In this document: positions 58,974-64,000 of the stretch, piece after piece | Position numbering within the stretch: position 1 is the stretch's first letter | How the letters are laid out: every line of letters begins with the position of its first letter | Assembly (NCBI GenBank): GCA_017940465.1 | Contig: JAGAYN010000044.1 | Span: 3,662-67,661 of the forward strand | Origin: Bacteroidales bacterium | GTDB lineage: Bacteria > Bacteroidota > Bacteroidia > Bacteroidales > P3 | DNA: 64,000 bases | Direction of reading: 5' to 3' | Made by a program: the position numbers and the translations under genes | Notes under the pieces: model-generated | Seen by the model: only the letters and a program-made list of their open reading frames with translations | Database searches by the model: none | What the model was told of the DNA's origin: nothing

Positions 58974-59747
58974 ATGAAAGTAATACGATTATTACTGGCA
59001 ACAACGCTCCTGGCACTCGGAGCAACCCTGACCTCCTGCTCCAACGACGACGACAAAGCCGGCATGGGAAAGGCCCTGACCAGGCTCACTCTCGAAGATG
59101 AAGACGGCTACTACCAATCCCTCCACTTTTCCTGGGAGGACAACAAGGTAAGCTTCATTCAAGTTTGGGAATCAAATCGTTATGGAAACATGCTTCTTTC
59201 TGCCGAACTGACGCCAGAATACCGCAACGGCAAACTGGAATCCTGCTATGCCTACAGTGCAGAAGACCGCTCCGGCATCACCCTGCAAGGCAACTACACT
59301 GGCAATCAACTCACTCAAGTACAGATTCCTCGCGAGGACCCCGCACTGCTCAGCTACGACACCGAAGGCAACCTCCGCTCCATTAACATCAACCACGACC
59401 AGCTCTCCTTCTCGTGGAGCGGCGGACGCATTACACAAATCATCGACCCTGATGGGCGTTCTGTTTCCGTGACGTGCGACGACAAACGCAACCCGCTGAA
59501 CGATGTCATCCGCTGCATCATAGGCTCTTGGAGCGCCACAATGGGCAATATCACACGCCTGGTAAACTACCGTGGCGAAACCGTCGACCTCCAGTACACC
59601 TTCGACGGCGACTACCCCTCGCAGTGCCGTGTCATTGTGGATGGGAAAGTAGGCGGCATCCTATATTACGAGTACGCAGACGGCAGCGGTTCGGCTCCGG
59701 CCAACCTTCCCGCCAACTACAGCAAGAAAAGCTGGCGCATCTTCTAA
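58974..59747 (+). CDS. Lipoprotein with YD/RHS-like beta repeats (paralog of 8950..9951)
   Basis: ATG 58974 gives MKVIRLLLATTLLALGATLTSC (lipobox). Contains HFSWEDNKVSF, YDTEGNLRSI and FSWSGGRITQIIDPDGRS. Confidence 0.8.
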   Translation: MKVIRLLLATTLLALGATLTSCSNDDDKAGMGKALTRLTLEDEDGYYQSLHFSWEDNKVSFIQVWESNRYGNMLLSAELTPEYRNGKLESCYAYSAEDRSGITLQGNYTGNQLTQVQIPREDPALLSYDTEGNLRSININHDQLSFSWSGGRITQIIDPDGRSVSVTCDDKRNPLNDVIRCIIGSWSATMGNITRLVNYRGETVDLQYTFDGDYPSQCRVIVDGKVGGILYYEYADGSGSAPANLPANYSKKSWRIF

Positions 59748-59774
59748 ACCTATCCGGCGCAGGCTGGAACGACA

Positions 59775-59809
59775 GGGACACCTATGCCTTGCAGAGGTGT
59801 CCCTTTTTT
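59775..59809 (+). terminator. Rho-independent terminator of the 58974 gene
   Basis: GGGACACCT / AGGTGTCCC stem followed by TTTTTT. Confidence 0.75.
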
Positions 59810-59950
59810 GCATCCCTGCCATCCTCCCGGAGCACTCCTGGAGGGTAAGGAGAGGGGAAGAAGAGGGTGCCTCTTACATACTGAAAAACAGCCTGTTGCA
59901 AAACTGCAACTTAGGGCTGTTTTTCGGTTTTTTTTCGGAAAATCTGCAAA
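59806..59950 (+). repeat. Conserved 3' element, copy B
   Basis: TTTGCATCCC...CCGGAGCACTCCTGGAGG, then GAGGGGAAGAAGAGGGTGCCTCTTACATACTGAAAAACA, then a hairpin at 59889-59919 with a T-run at 59920-59936. Confidence 0.6.
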
Positions 59951-59969
59951 GGATTGCGGGGGTGTGTCG

Positions 59970-60863
59970 CTAATGCAGCGGGATGTGGCGCAACTGCTTC
60001 ATCTTCTTTGCGTTGAGGTGTGCCTGCTGGATGGTGGCGGGTGTCATGGCGGATTGCTGGAAGCGGTCGTAGACGATGTCCTCGGCCAGCGGCGAGGGGT
60101 GCGAGAGGTCGGGGCCGTAGAAGCGGTAGTCGCGCAGCTCGTCCAGCACAATTTCGTAGGCGGGGAAGTAGGAAATCGGAATTTGTAAGCTGAAAATCGA
60201 GAGCAGCTCCTCCACGGCCATCAGCAGGGTGGCCTTGCTGAGCTGGTTGCCGTGGGCACCGTCGGCCAGGTGGCGTATGGGGCTGACGGTGAAGATGATG
60301 TCGAGTCCGGGATTGAACTCCCTGAGTTTCACCAGCAGGGGTTTCCAAAGGGCGACGATTTCCCCCACCGGCATCCGCCGCCGCTCGAACATCGCCGCCG
60401 GCAGTTTGTGGCAGTTGGCCACCACCATCCGGGCGCCTTCGCCTTTCAGCCGGGGGATGAGGCCGTAGACCCATGCCGTGCCGAAGGTCACCATCAGCAC
60501 CCGTGCCGTATGCAATGCCTTGTGGGATTGGTGGATGCGGCTGTTGCATACCTCAAGCGTCTCCTCTGCCGTGGGGCGGGAGAAGGAGCCGTGGTGGTGC
60601 CACGAATGCCAAAGGCCCTCGTGCTGCACCAGGTCCCTGTCCGTGATTTCCCTGTCCTCCACCATGCGCTCCAGCGCCGCCGCCACCGACGCGGGATTGT
60701 ACAGCGTCCCGAACGGGTTCCGCTCCACACGGAATCCCCCCTCCTCCATCCTCCGCCCGATGGCATCGGCAAAGCACGAACCCATCGTCACCACCCCGTC
60801 CTCCATACTGATTTTCAACGGCATCGGCGACACCTCCACCGTGGTATAAAGCTGCATCTTCAT
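59970..60863 (-). CDS. GSCFA family protein
   Basis: Contains the GSCFA motif (VVTMGSCFADAIG). The start is probably at 60863 (MKMQLYTTV); the ORF is open to 60884. Confidence 0.8.
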   Translation of the reverse strand: MKMQLYTTVEVSPMPLKISMEDGVVTMGSCFADAIGRRMEEGGFRVERNPFGTLYNPASVAAALERMVEDREITDRDLVQHEGLWHSWHHHGSFSRPTAEETLEVCNSRIHQSHKALHTARVLMVTFGTAWVYGLIPRLKGEGARMVVANCHKLPAAMFERRRMPVGEIVALWKPLLVKLREFNPGLDIIFTVSPIRHLADGAHGNQLSKATLLMAVEELLSIFSLQIPISYFPAYEIVLDELRDYRFYGPDLSHPSPLAEDIVYDRFQQSAMTPATIQQAHLNAKKMKQLRHIPLH

Positions 60864-61078
60864 ATCTACATAGTTTATCCGCATAACGCTATATCACAAT
60901 GATTTATTACCCAACTATGTGAAAATAGCCAGTTACATGCCATTGCCACCACTCGTTACATATTATTTCATTCTATACGCATGATTCACAGCAATATAAC
61001 ATTGAACGTGCCAAATCTGGAATTGAATTCCAAATTTAGCCAGTGTGGATAGCCATCCTCCTATTCGCAGAAATATTT

Positions 61079-61365
61079 TTTGTCATATCTGGAAAAGTTT
61101 GTACCTTTGCACTCGCAAACCGCAAGAGTATGGTTTGCCGAGAAAGTTGCATTTTTCGCCTTATTCCTGGCTTGTGAAACTTCGACAACTTCACTAATGA
61201 TATACGGAACAAAGGATAGATTGATGCTCCTGATATGGTATATGTATTTTCCTATGCAATACCTTTGTGGAGCGGTTCATTACACCTTTATTTTATATCA
61301 TAGGGAGTCGAAGCCCTCACAAGCAAGATAGGGTTGCAAATGGAAGGCTCCACTTTCTTCGTTGC
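61079..61365 (+). ncRNA. Conserved promoter + structured 5' leader element, copy C
   Basis: TTTG (61079-61082), 19 nt, TACCTTTG (61102-61109). Ends in AATGGAAGGCTCCACTTTCTTCGTTGC, 72 nt before the ATG at 61438. Confidence 0.6.
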
Positions 61366-61437
61366 AAAATATATCTCAACGTGCCTTGGGAAAAAAAAAC
61401 TGAACCGCCAACAGTATAAAAGAGGCATAGTAACACC

Positions 61438-62889
61438 ATGAAAAAAACACTGTTTTTATGTATGTGCATCATCATGTTTGGGATGTCTGCAACTGCTCAA
61501 TATCAACTAACGCAGAGTATTGAACGCAAACTCCAAGGTAATCAGGAGACACTTAAGACGTTATCCAGCAATGGCGATGCAGAGGCCACGTACATACTAG
61601 GGTATCGAATGAAACTACAACCCTACAGAGACACCCTAAATCAGATGGCAAAAAACAAACAACCTGATGCGATGTTTTTCAAGTGGCTTTCATACCAATA
61701 CGGGAATGCATATCGCAGAAAGAAACCACTACTAAAGAAAACTGCCAAAAGTGGAAACAAATGGGCATGCTACATAATGGGGGAGATAACTCCATACAAA
61801 AAAAAGAAAGCAAAAAAGCAATGGTACATGAAGGCTGCTGAGGATAGTTGTGCAGACGCCTGCGTTGCACTATTAAAGTACTATTTTCCTGAGAATCAAA
61901 AAGACAGCATTTATATAATGATCAACAAAACTCTGGAGTTCTGTAAAGATGATAATGAACTCAAACATTTTGAGTATGAACTCGGCAAGGAACTCTATCA
62001 TTGCCTTCCTAAAGATGAAAAGGAACGAGAAAAGTACACATACATTATGCCTGACATAACTCAATTTCTTACAAATTCGTTTAATAATGGAAACTCTAAT
62101 GCTGCAGGGGAACTAATGAAATGCAATTACGAAAACCAAGACTATGAGCAAAGCATATACTATACATTCCAATACCTAGAGGCGTTCAGCAATCACATCC
62201 AGGTGAAAAGAGAATGTTATCTTAATTTATCCCGATGCTATCTTAAGACTGGAAAACCACAACTGGCAGAATCTTATGGCCTAGCGCGATATGAACTTAA
62301 CCTTAACGAATTTAACAATGGGCACTTACATTATGGATATCAGGCGTCTACCTCTGCAAAATGGATGAGCGAACTATATACTGAACTTGAAAGAGAAGAA
62401 GGGGCGCGATTGTGGTTTGAACGGGCAAAAGAGATTGAAAAACAGGCAAAGAAGTTGGAAAAATTAGCAAAAGAAAAAGAAAGACAGGCCCGATTGGAGC
62501 GTATTGCCAACGCCCTAGACAATGTCAATACAGTCCTGTCGGCAGCCAATGATTTGGCGACCCAAATCAACAATTACAAAGCCCCGTCATCTGCCAGCAC
62601 AACATCAGATTATTCAGGTTCCTCGTCCTCTACCAGCAAAAGCAGTCCCGGGAGAAAACACGACCCATATGCCGCCTCACATGAAGCCAACAAGCAGAAC
62701 GCCGAGAATATCTACCGTCGCTACAGCAACCAACTAATCGACATGAACACCAACTACGAGCGTGATTACAACGACAGCCAGCGCCGACAGATTCAAGCCA
62801 GCATGAAAAAGATACGCACCGAGTGGGAGCAAAAGGGCTATACGTTCTGGCATTCCCCATGGGAGAATTGGGACGGCCATAAACAATAA
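61438..62889 (+). CDS. Secreted Sel1/TPR-like protein with coiled-coil and Ser-rich C-terminal region
   Basis: Signal peptide MKKTLFLCMCIIMFGMSATAQ. Sel1-like units, a KEIEKQAKKLEKLAKEKERQARLE coiled coil and an S-rich tract. Markedly AT-rich compared with its surroundings. Confidence 0.75.
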   Translation: MKKTLFLCMCIIMFGMSATAQYQLTQSIERKLQGNQETLKTLSSNGDAEATYILGYRMKLQPYRDTLNQMAKNKQPDAMFFKWLSYQYGNAYRRKKPLLKKTAKSGNKWACYIMGEITPYKKKKAKKQWYMKAAEDSCADACVALLKYYFPENQKDSIYIMINKTLEFCKDDNELKHFEYELGKELYHCLPKDEKEREKYTYIMPDITQFLTNSFNNGNSNAAGELMKCNYENQDYEQSIYYTFQYLEAFSNHIQVKRECYLNLSRCYLKTGKPQLAESYGLARYELNLNEFNNGHLHYGYQASTSAKWMSELYTELEREEGARLWFERAKEIEKQAKKLEKLAKEKERQARLERIANALDNVNTVLSAANDLATQINNYKAPSSASTTSDYSGSSSSTSKSSPGRKHDPYAASHEANKQNAENIYRRYSNQLIDMNTNYERDYNDSQRRQIQASMKKIRTEWEQKGYTFWHSPWENWDGHKQ

Positions 62890-62909
62890 TACGGATATCT
62901 CTCCCAGCC

Positions 62910-63045
62910 AGTCTCCTGCCACATACCTGGCAAAGACGAAGAGGGGAAGAAGAGGATACCCTTAACATACTGGAAATCAACGGGCCAAAATCTGACGATT
63001 TTGGCCCGTTTTGGGGTTTTTGAACGGAAAATTTCGAGGTTCGGG
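62910..63045 (+). repeat. Conserved 3' element, copy C
   Basis: CTCCTGCC...GAGGGGAAGAAGAGGATACCCTTAACATACTGGAAATCAAC, followed by a hairpin with a T-run. Confidence 0.6.
62982..63021. terminator. Terminator hairpin between the 61438 gene and dnaE
   Basis: GGGCCAAAATC / GATTTTGGCCC stem followed by GTTTTGGGGTTTTT. Confidence 0.7.
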
Positions 63046-63047
63046 GG

Positions 63048-64000
63048 CTAACTCTTGGGGATGGGGGTAATGTCGTATACACCAGCGAGTTGGAACAGCT
63101 CTGGGATGAATTCGCGGGCGGAGACGCAGAGGTCCTGCGATTCCATGGTGAGTTGCAGATCGCGGTCCGGATCCACCACCAATGCCTGCAGGGGGATGGT
63201 GCCCTTGTGGCGCTTGGCCAGCCGCTGGAGCGCCTCGCAGAATGCCTCGTTCACATCGGCAAGCATGAGCTTGAACATCAGGTGCCCCGTGTAGCGGTCC
63301 ATCACATTCCCGAGGGGCATCATGCTGGTTATCTTGAGTCTGGTGAAGCTACGCTCGGCATTGGTCTTCTTGTCGGTATAGTGGCTGGTGCGTACCGTGC
63401 CACGGCAGTAGACGAAGGTGTTGTTTATAAAGAAGTTGCGGTAGTCGGTATACTCCTGGCCGAAGAGTTTGAGCTCGTAACTGCCGCTGTAGTCGTCCAG
63501 CACCATACTGCCGAAGGGTTCGCCCTTCTTGCTGACCATCTCCTTGACATCGGAGACCATGCCTGCGAAGCGCACCTCGCACCCGGAAAGGGCTTCGAGG
63601 CTGTTCAGCTTGTCGACACCGATATTGGTATAGGCCTTCACCTCGTACTTGTAGTCATCCAGCGGATGGCCGCTGAGGTAGGTGCTGATGACCTCCTTTT
63701 CATAGCGGCAGCGTTCGATGTTGGTCCACGGCTGGGCTTCGGGGATGGGCGGATGTTCCTCCTCGGCCAGTTCGGTACTCATGCTGAAGATGGACATCTG
63801 GTTGGAGGCCGATCCGTCCTGCTGGCGGATGGCCCATCGGACGAGCTGGTCGAGGTAGGTGGGGGTGGTCTCGAGGTCGTTCGCCTTGAAGAAGTACTGC
63901 GCGCGGTGCATGGTTCCCACGCCGTCGAAGGCACCGGCCTTGACAAGCACCTCCATGTTCTTCTTGTTCACCGAGTGCATGTCGACACGCTTCAGGAAGT
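63048..64000 (-). CDS. dnaE: DNA polymerase III alpha subunit, C-terminal part (continues beyond window)
   Basis: VLVKAGAFD..., followed by an OB-fold region and C-terminal tail typical of DnaE. The frame is open to the window end. Confidence 0.85.
   Translation of the reverse strand, partial: FLKRVDMHSVNKKNMEVLVKAGAFDGVGTMHRAQYFFKANDLETTPTYLDQLVRWAIRQQDGSASNQMSIFSMSTELAEEEHPPIPEAQPWTNIERCRYEKEVISTYLSGHPLDDYKYEVKAYTNIGVDKLNSLEALSGCEVRFAGMVSDVKEMVSKKGEPFGSMVLDDYSGSYELKLFGQEYTDYRNFFINNTFVYCRGTVRTSHYTDKKTNAERSFTRLKITSMMPLGNVMDRYTGHLMFKLMLADVNEAFCEALQRLAKRHKGTIPLQALVVDPDRDLQLTMESQDLCVSAREFIPELFQLAGVYDITPIPKS

Noticed and set aside
61018-61030. Short perfect palindromes such as GGAATTGAATTCC (61018-61030) and GTATCAGACTGATAC (46908-46922).
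   Set aside because: These are single occurrences in AT-rich promoter regions. They are too short to distinguish from chance without comparative data.
61043-61366. Invertible-promoter (inverton) interpretation of the leader elements.
   Set aside because: Only copy C has a plausible left inverted repeat. Copies A and B lack one. The complementary blocks inside the element are better explained as RNA helices. All three promoters face their genes. Retained only as a minor alternative for copy C.

Overview
GC-rich (about 60% by eye) chromosomal segment of a Bacteroidota genome, most likely Bacteroidales. Evidence: TTTG-N19-20-TAnnTTTG promoters, no Shine-Dalgarno sequences, T9SS C-terminal sorting domains, and many lipoproteins. 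Core genes: nqrB(partial)CD and nqrEF; b558-type sdh/frd CAB operon; CDF metal exporter; tcdA; DPP-IV; gltX; ompH; envelope genes (GT2, LpxL-like acyltransferase, GWxTD); a short glycogen-synthase-like / DUF4270-like / MORN / maf block; recQ; a 981-aa T9SS type-B adhesin; a sugar MFS transporter; a C10 peptidase with T9SS CTD plus two tandem paralogous OM beta-barrel proteins; tig; atpEFHAG; nadB; an FGE-like lipoprotein; a TPR sensor kinase with a LuxR-type regulator; tRNA-Cys; ddl; GSCFA; dnaE (partial). Main non-standard content: (1) A ~285-nt promoter plus apparently structured 5' leader occurs three times (8604, 58608, 61079). Each copy precedes a different secreted-protein gene, and each gene is followed by a second conserved ~130-150-nt 3' element, giving a cassette-like architecture. 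I cannot assign either element to a known family. (2) The nqr operon is split between nqrD and nqrE by a 4.2-kb accessory insert (ORF6N protein, WG-repeat protein, unknown protein, orphan T9SS-CTD fragment, DUF1016-type nuclease). (3) A superfamily of intergenic elements is built around 3-5 tandem 11-nt units (two sequence subfamilies, four copies). (4) There is a 21-nt poly-G tract in the predicted 5' UTR region of a FISUMP lipoprotein gene. (5) A lower-GC three-gene module encodes an ECF sigma-TM-beta-barrel fusion, a radical SAM/SPASM-like enzyme and a Gfo/Idh/MocA oxidoreductase. (6) The atp cluster starts at atpE with its own promoter and has no atpB. No CRISPR array, rRNA, transposase or integrase was seen. 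All family assignments come from motifs read by eye and from memory; no searches were run.
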